Shown one piece after another: positions 13,381-26,959 of a DNA stretch of 64,000 bases (its first letter is position 1; the number at the start of each line of letters is the position of its first letter). This stretch comes from Octopus sinensis. Taxonomy: Eukaryota. Location of the stretch: positions 30,194,001 through 30,258,000 of the forward strand of contig NC_043009.1 in the NCBI RefSeq assembly GCF_006345805.1, given 5' to 3'. The position numbers were made by a program, and so were the translations under genes. The notes beneath the pieces are model-generated. The model did no database searches. It saw only the letters and a list, made by a program, of their open reading frames with translations, and had not been told where the DNA came from.

Positions 13381-15182
13381 ACTTCTATATTTATATGCAT
13401 GGACAAACACATACTCAGAAACTCTCTCTCTCTCTCTCACACACACACATACACATACACACACACATACACACATAAACGCGCATACATGCACGCTCAC
13501 ACGCACACACACACACACACACATATAACACCCAAGTGTGTCTATTTTCTCATTTTATTGACAATAACCTTGTACTTACCTTCTAGCCTTCAATCTTAAG
13601 CTATTATATAAATATTTTGTGTTATGCACAGTAATTCCAAGAATATTTCAAGGAGTAAATTTCCTCTACTCTTACTCAGTAGAATGTGAAGTTGAGTGAA
13701 GCAAAATTTACTGAACTGAAAGGATAATAATATTAGTCGAAGCAGACTTCATCCCAAACTACCTACAAGGAAATCAAACATGGCAGCAACATAAATTACC
13801 TATAAATATGACCTCATAAATTTCCTAATTCTTAGCCAAGCCGTTTCGGTCTTATAGCAATTTATTTCACAGTCTATTGTTAGTTTAAGCTCTAAGTGTA
13901 AAACCTATTTCATGTAGCATGTAGAATCTAAAGTAAATTTATAAAAAAAAAAAATGATAATTAATTTATTACTATTTTAAGGTAAAGCTACCCCATAGCT
14001 CTTGTGTAGACAAATACATTGGAAATTAAGTAAAAAGGAAGTCAGGCTAACACGGCTTTAAATATACGACGTGGATATGTCTACGTTTTTGGAGTTTGCT
14101 TTGCACACTATAAATTAAAAACCCTTGTCCCTAACAGATAGAAATAGACACAATCACAAACGTGCACTCTTATCCACTCAGATAAACATGTATATACCTA
14201 TGTACGACTGTTGTATTGTACACACAATCGTTTTGTAATTTTGATTTTAAACAGCAATTCTTCATATTTTCATACTGGTTACTTGTACTCATTTTGCTAA
14301 ATTCTTTGAATCCCTTCATAAATCATCTCGATATAGTTATATTTGTGCTTTGATATTCCTTTCGCAAAGTTGGTACAAATTTGGTTGGCACACCCCCGTG
14401 AAGAAGCATTTAATGACCAATGTAATCACAAGATTTAATCAAGATTGTGCATGGGTCTGTTTATTCCAGACATTATATGTGGATTTTAGGCTTATGCCTA
14501 AAAATATCTTAACTTTAACTGAAATATTTTCTAATTATTGTACAGCATTATTCCGTTACTGCACTACGCACTTATAACTAGAATATGTTTCTCTGCACTA
14601 CATCACGAAGTGGTAAATAAAAATATGACACAATATTATTATTGGATAATATAAGTTTAGGGAAACGAATTTCCCACAACAATGAAATTTAATTAATATT
14701 TTGTTGTTGATGAAAATTCCTTATTCAGATATTCATAAAACATCACGACGACAAAAAATACACAAACAACTCACTTTAGTCGAAAACATAGTTCGTTTAT
14801 GTATAGATTTCCGGTCAATTATCGGTGATCGCACATGTTGACACGTACACATATGTGATATTGAATATTTAATATATATGTTTTGACGTTTGAATATATT
14901 AGCGTGTGCATCTATGTATGGGGAGAAAAAGACTGGAAATAATGTTACAAGAAAACGGAAAATATTTCCAGTAAGAAGCTTATCAACAAAGGAAGACAGT
15001 AAAAATATATATCAAATACATTCGTGGGTTGACGGTATCTATTACGTTCTATCAAAATTAATACAGCGTCGCAAAAATATATCTTCTTTCACCAAACTTC
15101 TCTATAAACATCCATACATACACCTTATGAGATAGTTTCGTCCTACGAGCCTACAAAATTTAAAGGCGAATGGAGTTGGGTT

Positions 15183-15216
<34 letters not shown>

Positions 15217-15565
15217 GGAGAGGAAGAAAGAGAAAAAGAGAAAATTAGAGAGAGAAAGGGAGACTGGTAGAAATAGTAAAAGATAGGTAAAAGGAGAAAT
15301 AGAAAGGCAGATTAAAATATATTGTATAATATTTAATCGTAAGAAGTTATAAAGTAACTCAAGCGCAAATAGCCTGAAGCGTGGCACTTATCAAAGATGG
15401 ATGTGAGTCATGCATGAAGCTATCAACCTTTGAGTGACTTATGACGATTGATCATTAAAGAATTTATGGATAATATTAAGCAATAATAATATATATGTAT
15501 TTGTATTATGTTTATATGCGTGTGTGTGTGCGTGTGTGAGCATACACACATACATATATGCATAT

Positions 15566-15964
15566 TGTTTCAGTCATGTGACTGCAGCCATGCTGGAGTA
15601 CTGCATCAGGGCTTATACTTTGTAAGCTTAGTACTTATTCTATCGGTCTCATTGGTGGAACCACTAAGTTATGGGGACATAAACACACAAGCATCGGTTG
15701 TCAAGTGATGGTGGGGGACAAACACTGACATACAAATACACACACACACACACACACACGTATATATATATACACACACATAAATATATATATATGTATA
15801 TACGATGAGCTTCTATTAGTCTCCGTCCGCCAAATCCACTCACATGGGTTTGGTCGGCACGAGGCTATAGTAAAAGACACCTGCCGAGGTGCCACGCAGT
15901 GGGACTAAACCTGGAACCATGTGGTTGGGAAGCAAGCTTCTTACCACACAGCCACACCTGCGCC
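15566..15964 (-). mobile_element. SINE family B with internal (CA/TA)n
   Basis: Reverse complement of 43815-44190. Confidence 0.85.
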
Positions 15965-16000
15965 TATATATACATGCATAAAAACTAACATATATATATA

Positions 16001-16197
16001 TACAAGGGATTGCTGAAAAGTTCCTGGCTTAAAGGGTATCACGGAAGACCTGTTTGGAGGCCAACAATCCGAGTTGTTTTACAAGGATTAGAAACACTAT
16101 TGGTCCTCTGCAATAAGTGTATAAATCTGAGAGTGGAATATGTTGAATGAAATCATTTTTTCATCTAAATTCATGACCTTTTCAGCACTCCTTCGTA
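16001..16197. mobile_element. Mariner-type MITE
   Basis: TIRs TACAAGGGATTGCTGAAAAGTTC / GACCTTTTCAGCACTCCTTCGTA, with TA ends inside (TA)n. Confidence 0.75.
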
Positions 16198-16441
16198 TAT
16201 ATATATATATATATTATTATATATATATATGTAGAAAAAAAGAGGTGTAGTTTCATGCAGAAAAATATATAAAAATTTATATGTACATACCGAGGTAGTT
16301 TTCAATAATTTTTTGTTCATCAATGGTATAAACGTATGGGATATGTGAAATATGTGTGTGTGTGTGTGTGTGTCTGTGTGTGTCTGTGTCTGTGTATGTT
16401 TATATGTCTGTAATATATATATATATATATATTATATTATT

Positions 16442-16504
<63 letters not shown>

Positions 16505-16557
16505 GATATATACATATATACATATATACATATATATACATATGCCCCATCACTACA

Positions 16558-16886
16558 CTATTTTCTTTAGTCATTGCGCGGTGATTGCTATAAGCTTTAA
16601 GCTTATTAAAAATACTATTATTATTATTTACAGAATAGTAATAATCGGCACTGCTTATCAAAATAATTTGCAGTTAAAACTAATTTTAGCTTTTAAATCT
16701 GACAGAAAAAATAATTTCGCTAGTGTTATCGGTAGCACACTGCGTCGCGTAAAGATAACGGTGCGGGTTCGATTCCCATGCGTACGGGAAGACCTACATT
16801 TTTTCTGTCGAAATCTTACTTCCCCTTACCAGTCTATTTTCTTTAGTCATTGCGTGGTGATCCCTATAAGCTTTAAACTTGTAAAA
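16558..16886 (+). repeat. 276-bp-period direct repeat (~55-bp terminal repeats) enclosing a Pol III-like (tRNA-like) segment
   Basis: CTATTTTCTTTAGTCATTGCG.GGTGAT..CTATAAGCTTTAA at 16558 and 16834. A-box-like TAGTGTTATCGG near 16721 and B box GGTTCGATTCC at 16766-16776. Confidence 0.6.
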
Positions 16887-19800
16887 GAATTGCTATATAT
16901 ATATATATATATATAATATTAATAAATAAAACATATGCATATATATATATACATATATGTACGTACCTACCTCTACATGTATATATACACGCATATATGA
17001 GTACAGGACACCAAACAAACGTCGAACACAATGAGAAACGAAAACATAGACACAAACCCAAGGAACTGGACATTTTTCTTAAACAACAACAAAAAAATAG
17101 AGTACAGGACAAATAACACGAGGAACAAACCCCTTCTTCAGTCGCCATGGTTTCATCTACTCTACGTTTCGAAGGTGAAGGCGAGACGTATCTTCGATAG
17201 AAACATTCCTTCCTGCGAAAAGCAAATCAAATAAAATTTGAGATGTTTTTGCAGAAAACCTACATGTTGATATGCATGAAACTACCACTTATAAATGCCT
17301 CTCTGCTTGAAAAACCTTTAGTATAGCGTGTTAGTCCTTGTACATTTATATGTATAGATAGATTGATGTACATATATATTATAAACTCATACGCACACTC
17401 ACACACATATGTATAAGTAAAGATAATATATATATAATATATATATATATATTATATATATATATATATATGAGGTGTATATATGTGTACATATATAAGT
17501 ATACACACATGTGCACAAACGTGCATATTAATACATATGCATACATTTTTCGTGTGTCAAAACACGACTCAAACAGTCGTAATTCGAACCGCTACTTATT
17601 TATGTAATTTTTCTACTATATTTCGCCATTTTAGTATGATTTTAAAGCCCTTTCTTTCTCTTTCTTTTCCAGTCTCCCTTCATTTATCTTCCTCTCTTTC
17701 CTCTATACGCGCTCCCTTTTTGGCTTAGCTTTTGTTTGTGTTCGCCGTGTCTTTCATGGTCTGTTTCACTGTTTCACCGTTTTTATTCACTGGAACGGTG
17801 ACTGGAACTTTAAGATTTGCTACTTAGATTTATTTATTGAATATATTTCACCAAGGATATATTTAATAAATACCACTGAACACCAACTAACGTACATAAC
17901 GCCCCCACCACCACTACACATATATACTGGCACGTATCCATATATTATTAATAGTCATATATATGTATGTATACAGATACAATTTACAAAGGCATACACA
18001 TCCACACACACGCACAGGCTTAAGTACAAGCGCATATATATATATATATATATGTGCGTGTATGTGTATGTGTGTGTATGAATATATATATATATGTGTG
18101 TGTGGGTGTATATATATGTAAATATATATATATGTTTGTGTGTGTATATATAAATGGATGTGTGTAAATATATATTTATGTGTGTGTGTATGTTTGTATA
18201 TAAATGTATATGTGTGTAAATATACATATATATATACATATGTGCATATATATATATATATATATTCATATATATATATACATTTAAATATATGTGTGTA
18301 TATAAATGTATATGTGTGTATATATGTATGTATGTATGTATATCATAAAAGTGAGAGAGTGACTTAGTGAGGGATAAATGAATAAATACAAACGCAGACA
18401 TATGTGGACACACTTTTATCTGCAGGTATGTTAGCGTTTTATTTTATGTATGCATACATGGTGTACGTTTACGCGAACGCGCGGCCTGTGCGTGTGTATG
18501 TTTATTTTGTAAATATATGTGCGTAGTTGAAGGTGGGATAATATATATCTTCATACGTATGGGCATGGGAGATTAAACATCAGGAAAATTGCTAATGTAT
18601 GTATATGTCCGTTGCCTTTCTCTATATGTGTGTTAGTGTTTGTGTGAATGTGTGTATATACGTGTGTGAGTGTATATTTGTGAGTGTATATGGTGTGAGT
18701 TTCAGTCAGGTATAAAAGTACATCGTGTTCCTAGGCATTGGATACCTGCTTGCATATTAATTACTGTTCTACCTATTTCTTTTCAATAAAATCATCGATT
18801 CCATAAAGGCAACGAATTTAAAGTCCCCCTTTCTACTTACCTTAACTCTTCCGAGCACATATTTGTTGGCAAATAAATATCCTCTAAACTTTTTTCCATC
18901 GGTGCACACACACACACACACACACGTAACCGCATATGTAAATATACTGACATACACATCGCACATGGACACACACGCAGAGAAACATGTAAAGATAAAC
19001 ATACACCCTTCACACACACACATACCCACCACATACACACATGCACTCACATATGCGTACATATTTCCGCTTTTTGCATCTGTGTTTGTGTTTTTTTTTG
19101 TGAGAGTGTGTCTGTACGGGTGGGCTTAGATGTATGCGTGTTCATCATTTCCTCATGTATTCTTTTCATAGTGGAATACATCTGGCAGACTACGTTACAA
19201 GTGGATTCCTAAATGTACCCTTCTAAATGTGTTTGAATAATGTCGGGTACTCTAACCTATCCCAATTTTTTGCATACCTTCAACGTCCTTGTGATTTCCA
19301 TAATACCATTTTTTTTTACAATATTTATTGGATGCCTTTTGGAGTAGCAAAATCAGGCACTTTCTTTTCTTCTCCCGAGAATCTGTAGTCACTCTGCCCT
19401 TCATATCCTTTCTTTGTTCGGGATGTGTTCGACATACTGTGGAAAAGCAAGAGTATATATAGTAACGAGTGACTTTATACCGATTCTCAAGAGCGTTCAA
19501 TATATGGCATGGAGTCTTATTAAATATTGATATTAACGTTTTGACGTAGGGTTGCGATACTAAATGTTTTACGGGTGTATATTATACGTCTTAACTTGTT
19601 CAACAAAATGCGAGATTTTCACTGATGACTTTAGACTTTGGTTTTCCGACTTGGTCATGGCTGACCTGTGGCTAAACAAAAACTATTATATAGTTGCTGG
19701 TAGAAAATATGACAATGATATTGAGAGAAATGAGACAATGCGATATATGTTTGAAAATATATTTACTACATCCGTACATTCTTACTGATAATCACATATA

Positions 19801-20639
19801 TTCATATCTATATACATACATATGCAACTTTATGATATCTCGGGCCATGATGAGCATAAAGCTACGCATGTATAGAGATGCACACAAAGATTCAGATATA
19901 TACACTCGGGGCTATAATTCCGTGATTTGTGGTAATTTTTCCGATGTGTAGAGTTGTATTTAGTTGAACGGGTCGAGTAAAGTATTATGGGAGAAATTTG
20001 TATGACAGAAAATGAGTGGAAGACCATCGAAAATATCATGCTTATAATGGAGTAATAGATATAATCACTTACTACCCGGATGTTGAATGATTTTATATAA
20101 GTTTTTACTGTCACAGTAATTTGGGCAATTTGATAATAACGTCTCCCACTATTCCAGAAAGTCATGAAATTGCTCCAAAGCATTATAATTCTTATGAATG
20201 GTTTGTGGACAATTTTCTATTGGAAGAAGTTGCCTTTGATGAATTTGGTGATAGATAATACAGCATAAGGTACCTTTTTCGAGGTTGACTTAACTGATGG
20301 TGGAACAAGAGGAAAAGTATAACACACAATTGAATGATTAACATAATACAGCATCCTATGTTGATTTGAGGACAAACCCAACTCCACTTGATTATAATTT
20401 GTGTTCTTATATAAATATCAGTTATATACAAACCTTTTTTCATAATTATTTGTATAACAACCGCACAATGTAAAAATGTTTACACTGAAATTGTAGTTTT
20501 GCTATTAATATATTTTCCCATGATAACTATGTATCGGAGGTGTAACAACTGGTCTATCTTGGGAACAATGTGTTTGGTAGGGACGTATATTATGCTGGCC
20601 CCAGATTTAAATTATCGCTATATGATCCGGGGTAGTATA

Positions 20640-20840
20640 CATACCGTCCGGGTTGCGGATCCGTGGAACAAGCTGCCAGACGAGATGGTGAAGATGCCGA
20701 CGACCGCTTTGTTCAAAGCCTTCCTTGACCTCAAGTGGCCTGAACTCTTTACATGAACACCACCCTGTACTTAACTCCATGTCCCCCTACATGGCCTTGC
20801 TATTTGCTTTTGAGCCAAATTAACTAACTAACTAACTAAC
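20640..20840 (+). mobile_element. CR1/L2-clade LINE 3' end
   Basis: VRVADPWNKLPDEMVKMPTTALFKAFLDLKW* is a typical CR1 ORF2 C-terminus; followed by a 3' UTR and a (TAAC)n tail. Confidence 0.8.
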
Positions 20841-22807
20841 ATATATTCATGTTATATCGTTATCAGAAATTACGTGTGAATCTGTCCATTTATATTATAA
20901 TTAGTAAATTAATGTTGAAATCCAAACAGTGAAAACATAATTATTTATTTAGAGTTAATTTCCTTTAATTTTTTTATAAAGTTCACCTCACTATTCATCT
21001 GGTAACGTTTAGTTAAAATAAGTTATCTCTGTCAGATGAATATTCCCAAAGCCACAATTACTGGTTGATTAATTTCTGAATAAAAGGAACAAGGAATATC
21101 AGTTTAGCTCGCCGTAAATGAATTCACTAGTAAATACGCAACCAATAAATATCTCAAGAGTAGGAATGATTTAAGGGTTCGTGATTAGCTCTGGTTTCAT
21201 GGTGTTAGCTGAAAGAGGAAGTAGAACACTATTCTGCCACTGGTAGATATTCCCAGATAACGTTGGACTTATTCACGATATTCACATGAACTGAAGCAAT
21301 ATATTATCAAATTTCTGCCCAGAGACACCAGGACATTTATTAAGTAAATTCGAAATCATAAATTTAAATGTAGATATTCAAATACATTTATCCAGTGAGC
21401 CGTTCAATTTCTGTTGATAAATTCAGCTGCTATTGAGTGACCCCAGCTAATAATCTAGCCTGAGTACGTGTATGACAAGCACACAGCAGTTCAAATGCTG
21501 AGGATTAACGCATATATTAAACAAGATATGTCAAGATCTCAGATATACAACGCAGCCAAAAGAATTATGGAAAGCTTAGCCAGCAAATAACATAATTCGA
21601 TGTCTTGTGAGAAGTGTCTGGGAAATGCTACGCAGGCAAATATGCCACAATGCAGAGTAGTGTAAAGTAGAACTTCTAGAAAAATCAAAGATCTATGGAC
21701 AAATGGAATCCATCCACTGAAGCATTAACATAATAAAACTTTGATGGATGGAATAAACAGAACATTCATTTATTTCTAGTTCTGAATAACAAATTTCACA
21801 TTATATTTAATTCTAGAAGTGGGGATTATTATGTGTACATATATGAATAGCAATAAAAAGCCAAATTCGTCTTCACTACCAGACACTTTGGTGAAAATAA
21901 TTGGCAAGAAACCACTATTAAATGAAGAGCTTAGAGATGAAAATTGTATTTCTATCCTAGGATCTGAATGCAGTGAGATTGAGCAATTTGGGTTTTGTTC
22001 CAATACAACAGACATTACAACAAACTTGTCATTGGAAAAATTTCAAGAAGAAACTGGGGAATAAATACAAACTGAATGCATTCAAAAATAAAATGTAAGA
22101 CAACTTAATTACAAGACAACTTAATGATGATTTAAAATTCATTTTTCTGTAGACTTCAGGCACATTGGCAGAATGATGTCACCAACATTAACTGGATCAC
22201 TAACATATAATAAGCTGTAATAAAAAAAAAGGCATAGTGAAGACATTTGCTTAAAATTTGCATATTAAGTAAATGTTATATGTATATGAATGTGTATATA
22301 AGTGTAAATATGTATATAACTATGCATACATTAGTTAGTATATATTCGTATGTATGTATGTGTATGATTGTTGTGTGTGTGTGTTTGTGTGTGTCCCTGT
22401 GTGCATACGTGTGTTTTAATGTGTGCGCGAGCGTGTGTATATACAAATATTTCCGTGGGCGTATAATGTGGTGTGTTGATCAGCGCTCTCTTATGTAAGA
22501 AATGCAAAGAAATCAATCGATAAAGATCCATATATTCCTTATTGAAACTGATATGTTTAAATAATTCATTTGAACGATGTGCATCAATACAGCTCTAGAA
22601 ATCCCCGAGCACCATTCCACTACTGCACATAGATTTCATAATGTACATTGTACTATCAGTCAACAGAAAAAGTAAAATTAAGTATATTTATTCAAATTAT
22701 ATTAGCCCAGCCTTATCTCAAATTGTGCGGTGTTTGTAAGAATTGAACTCTCGAACCTTAATAACGAACGTTGGTATTAAGAATTTTGTCGACTTTTAAA
22801 ACAGTTT

Positions 22808-23030
22808 CATAAATTATTTACATTATTTACTTTTGATGGATATTTGTCCTCATCTTGTTTGTTGTTAACACAACGTTTCGGCTGATATACCCTCCAGCCT
22901 TCATCAGGTGTCTCGGGGAAATTTCGAACCTGGCTTTTCATTCCTAAGAATGAGAACCCAGGTTGATGACAAATGTAAATAATGTAAATAATGTACATAA
23001 TTCCTCATTTCTTAAATATAGAACTGTAGT
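22808..23030. mobile_element. Penelope-like pLTR fragment in head-to-head (inverted) arrangement
   Basis: Carries a minimal hammerhead. Inversion junction hairpin AACCTGG...CATTC CTAA GAATG...CCAGGTT. TTATTTACATTATTTAC at the left end mirrors GTAAATAATGTAAATAA at the right. Confidence 0.6.
22867..22912 (-). ncRNA. Minimal type I hammerhead ribozyme (Penelope-type)
   Basis: Minus strand: GACAC-CUGAUGA-A-GGCUG(GAGGGUAUAU)CAGCC-GAA-ACGU-U^-GUGUU. Stem I is 5 bp, stem II 5 bp, stem III the palindrome ACGU; GUU site. Confidence 0.7.
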
Positions 23031-23089
23031 TTCATAAGTTCTCGAAACATAAAAACAGTTATATAGAGAAGTAATAATTCTTTTTTAAT

Positions 23090-24110
23090 AAGGCACGAAG
23101 CTTGAAATTTTGGGAGAGAGGGATATTCACCCCAGTGCTCAACTGGTACTTAATTTGTCGACCCCGAAAGGATGGAAGGTAAAGTCGACCTCGGCGGAAT
23201 CTGAACTCAGAAACTAAAGATGGACTATATACTAACCGGCGTGCTAACGATTCTGCCAGCCCACCGCCTTATATACAGTAGTAATAATTATTTGAAAAGG
23301 CGGTGATCTGGCAGAAACGTTAGCACCCCGGGCGAAATGCATAGCACGAATTTGTCTGTCTTTACGTTCTCAGTTCAAATTCTGCCGAGGTCGAATTTGC
23401 CTGTCATCCTTTGTTGGTCGAAATTAAGTACCACTTGCGTACTGAAGTCGATCTAATCGACTGGCCCCCTCCTCTCCAAAAAATTTAGGCACTTGTGCCT
23501 AGAGTAGAAAAGAATAACTATTTCAAATTTTTGCCACCAGGGCATCTTGGGGAAGGTGGAGATGAGTCAATTGCATCGAACCCAGTGTTCAACTGATACT
23601 CATTTTATCGAACCCGAAAGGATGAAAGGCAAAGTCGACCGCGGCGCTCCCAGGGATGATGCTAACTCGCCGCTCCCAGGGATGATGATGATAATAATTA
23701 TAATAATAATTCTTTCTACTGGGAGTACAAGGCCTCACATTTGGGGAAAGGGATTCAGTCGATTACATCGACCCCACTCCAGTGCATAATTGGTACTTAT
23801 TTAATCATTCTCAAATGTATGAAAGGCAAAGTCGACCTCGGAAGAATTTGAACCCAGAACGTAGCCGCAGACGAAATACTTATTTCTTTACTACCCACAA
23901 GGGGCTAAACACAGAGAGGATGAACAAGGACAGACAAACAGGTTAAGTCGATTATATTGACTCCAGTGCGTAACTGGTACTTACTTAATCGACCCCAAAA
24001 GGATGAAAGGCAAAGTCGACCTCGGCGGAATTTGAACTCAGAACGTAGCGGCAGACGAAATACCGCTAAAAATTTCGCCCGGCACGCTAACTATTCTGCC
24101 AAATCGCGCC
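23090..24110. mobile_element. Cluster of family A SINEs (minus 23090-23268; plus 23299-23517; minus partial ~23535-23645; minus multimer ~23725-24110)
   Basis: Repeated central domain in both orientations. Confidence 0.85.
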
Positions 24111-24153
24111 CTAAAGGATGCTGATGCTGATAATAATAATAATAATAATAATA

Positions 24154-24188
<35 letters not shown>

Positions 24189-25322
24189 GCAATAATAATA
24201 ATAATAATGACGACGGCGACGATGATAATGATGATGATGATGATGTTAACTGCATCAGAAGTAAAAACTATCTAAATTAGTTTCGAAAAATTTCGAAATA
24301 TTTTAGTGAATTGTATACAAATGGGATATCATTATGTTGCATATGTTCAAAATATGCACAGAATATGTGTCTAATATATAGTATTGTTAACCTCAAGTAG
24401 GAAGTTGTGTCTTTCTTGTTGCTTCTTGTTTGCTTTTCTTTTCTTTAAGCTGTGGATCTGAAGAAACCAGTCATGTGTTGAACATGACTGCAACGTTGAA
24501 GGGAATTCATTTGATGTAAATAAAATATCGTTTCCATACATGGAAACCCCACGACAAAAATGTTTGTATTTAATAGCTTATGTATTCCAAACTCAGCAGC
24601 AATTCAGAAATTACTTGCAGGTGTGATATTGATATAAGGAAAAACAGCTGCCAGTTTGCTTGTTCAAGGTGAAACTGAGGTTCAAAGAAGGCACTGAAAA
24701 CGAAAAAAATCACAGATATTCAAATGATGATGTGCCAGAAATATCAAGGTAGGTCTCACAAAAACCTGTCCAATTCCAATATTATTAAAGGAAATGATAT
24801 GGATTCGAAGTGGTTGAAAATTATTCTGCTTTGCAGATTAGTCACAATGGTGTCGCTATGGAGAAGCAGGTATTAAAATATTGATGATGATGATGAGGGC
24901 AGTGGGAAAAATACTAAGAAAAATAACATGGTTGGTTTCTGAATTCGGCACAAGTCTATTAATTTTAAAGGTAAGCTTTACTAAATACCATCGGCGCTGT
25001 TAATTGAGTGGCGTCTATTTCATCGAATCCTGTAGAGTGAAAGGTATGGATGGCTTCGAAAGGATTCCAGCTCAGAATTTAAAAAGCAGGTGCAAACACA
25101 GCATATACCCAGGCGTATATATGCACTCACACGTACATTTTGAACAGATAATCCTGCCTTTACAAATCTTGAAATATCACAACCCAACGAAGGTTATGTT
25201 GAAGTTTAGCTAAAACATGCTTAGCGGTACAGACCAGATCATAATAAAAATTACCTCCACAAAATTATTTCTAGAGTTCGCTTGCATACGCATGCAACGG
25301 TAGATATAGCAACATACGTAAC

Positions 25323-25363
<41 letters not shown>

Positions 25364-25665
25364 GGAGGCGCAATGGTCCAGTGGTTAGGGCAGCGGTCGT
25401 AAGGTCGCGGTTTCGATTCCCAGACCGGGCGTTGTGAGTGTTTATTGAGCAAAAACAGCTAAAGCTCCACGATGCTCCGGCAGGGGGTGTTGGTGATCCC
25501 CACTGTACTCTTACGCCACAACTTTCTCTCACTCTTTCTTCTGTTGGCCAACTCGCTTAGCCAGCGGGGTGGCGTCATTTGAAGGCTAAAACAATGCGAA
25601 GCGCATTGTGTCCAGCGATGTGTAGCAACATCTGATAGCCTGGTCGGTCACGTGACGTCACGTGA
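25364..25665 (+). mobile_element. SINE family C (OR-type tRNA head), full length
   Basis: GGAGGCGCAATGGTCCAGTGGTTAGGGCAGCGG...GGTTTCGATTCCCAGACCGGGCGTTGTGAGTGTTTATTGAGC; tail shared with 679-822. Confidence 0.85.
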
Positions 25666-26359
25666 TATATATATATATATATATATCAGTCGCGAAGGGT
25701 GACTAGGAAACTAGGGCATGCATCCCCCACATTCACGCACACTGAGATTGGTTGGGGAGATTTCCGAGTGTTCTACCCTCACCCGTTTTCTGTGAAAAGT
25801 GTAGTACTACCTGCTTTGAGATGGGTGAAGTCTAGAAATGAAAATAGCGAAAATAGTTTTCCCCTACGATGCACCATTTTGAAGAAGTTAGTAAGACACG
25901 AGAGACGTATATACAAACATATCCCTAATATATACAGGGATTCCATGATTACTGCGTAAAATATTTTTGAGACTGCCCCTTAATATCAGCGGTATCAACT
26001 TTGATTACATCGTTTCAATAAGTGTTTTCTTTTTTTTATTTCTTTTGCGAAAACCCTTTGAAGCATTGGCAGCACCTCATCTTCCGCACCAATTCTTCAC
26101 GCATGAGGTCGTGTGCCACACCTACTTCTGCTTAACTAGTATATTCAAAATAAATCGACGAAACCCATTGAAATTCTACCAAACGTCGTGTACTTGTCCG
26201 ATGTTCTTTTTCTTTTTTCATGAGTTTATAGGAAAGATCTAGACTCCCTTTATGTTTATAAAAATTAGTATCGAATAAAAAAAGGCTTTTCGCCAATTAA
26301 TTACTGCTCAAAAACTTTGAAACGGTAATACTCCCACTCCTAATAACGTAGCCATATTG

Positions 26360-26582
26360 AGGCGCCGAGCTGGCAGAGTTGGAAGCAAGTCGGATTAGAC
26401 ACTTTGCAGAATTTCGCCCGCACTTGCGCCTCGAGTTCAAATCTTGCCGAGGTTGACTTTGCCTTTGCCTTTCATCCGTTTGGGGTCGATAAAGTAAGTA
26501 CCAGTCAAGTACCGGGGTCGATGTAATCGATTAGACCCACCCCCAAATATTTCGGCCTTTGTGGGTGCATTAGAAAGGAATA
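26360..26582 (+). mobile_element. SINE family A
   Basis: Head GGCGCCGAGCTGGCAGAG plus central domain. Confidence 0.8.
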
Positions 26583-26959
26583 TCGTAGCTATATTGAACC
26601 ATGGCTATTTTAAAAGTAAATTTTAAATAGAAACAAAATCATTAAAACCTTTTCGAAAAAACGATATGCGTTTTTTCAGTGGAGTCCAACACGACAAAGC
26701 TGATATGAAAAGGAAAAACATCAGTCAGATTATTTTCATTTCAGGTTTTTTTTTTTTTTTTGCATTTTATTATTAAAATATTTTCACAAAGATAGAACAT
26801 CAAAGCACGAATTTTGTTTTTTTTTTACTACTTGATTGGTTTTTTGATAGTATCTTCTGTTTCACTTCAATTAAAATAAAATATTCAAGTTAAATTTGGC
26901 CATATGTAAAAAAACACATTTATCAGCGCACAGATGTAACTGGAGAAAATTAGTAGGAT

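Noticed and set aside
17095-17215. GAAAC...CTGAAGA on the minus strand as a permuted hammerhead (similar at 40880-40950 on plus)
   Set aside because: I could not build consistent stems I-III with an NUH site; probably the ends of other repeats.
24458-24500. CTGAAGA followed by an 8-bp hairpin (CAGTCATG/CATGACTG)
   Set aside because: CAAC is found instead of GAAAC, and there is no stem I partner.
25364-25430. tRNA genes at SINE heads (also 16715-16790, 30960-31034, 43815-43885)
   Set aside because: A and B boxes are present but no complete cloverleaf, and each continues into SINE body sequence.
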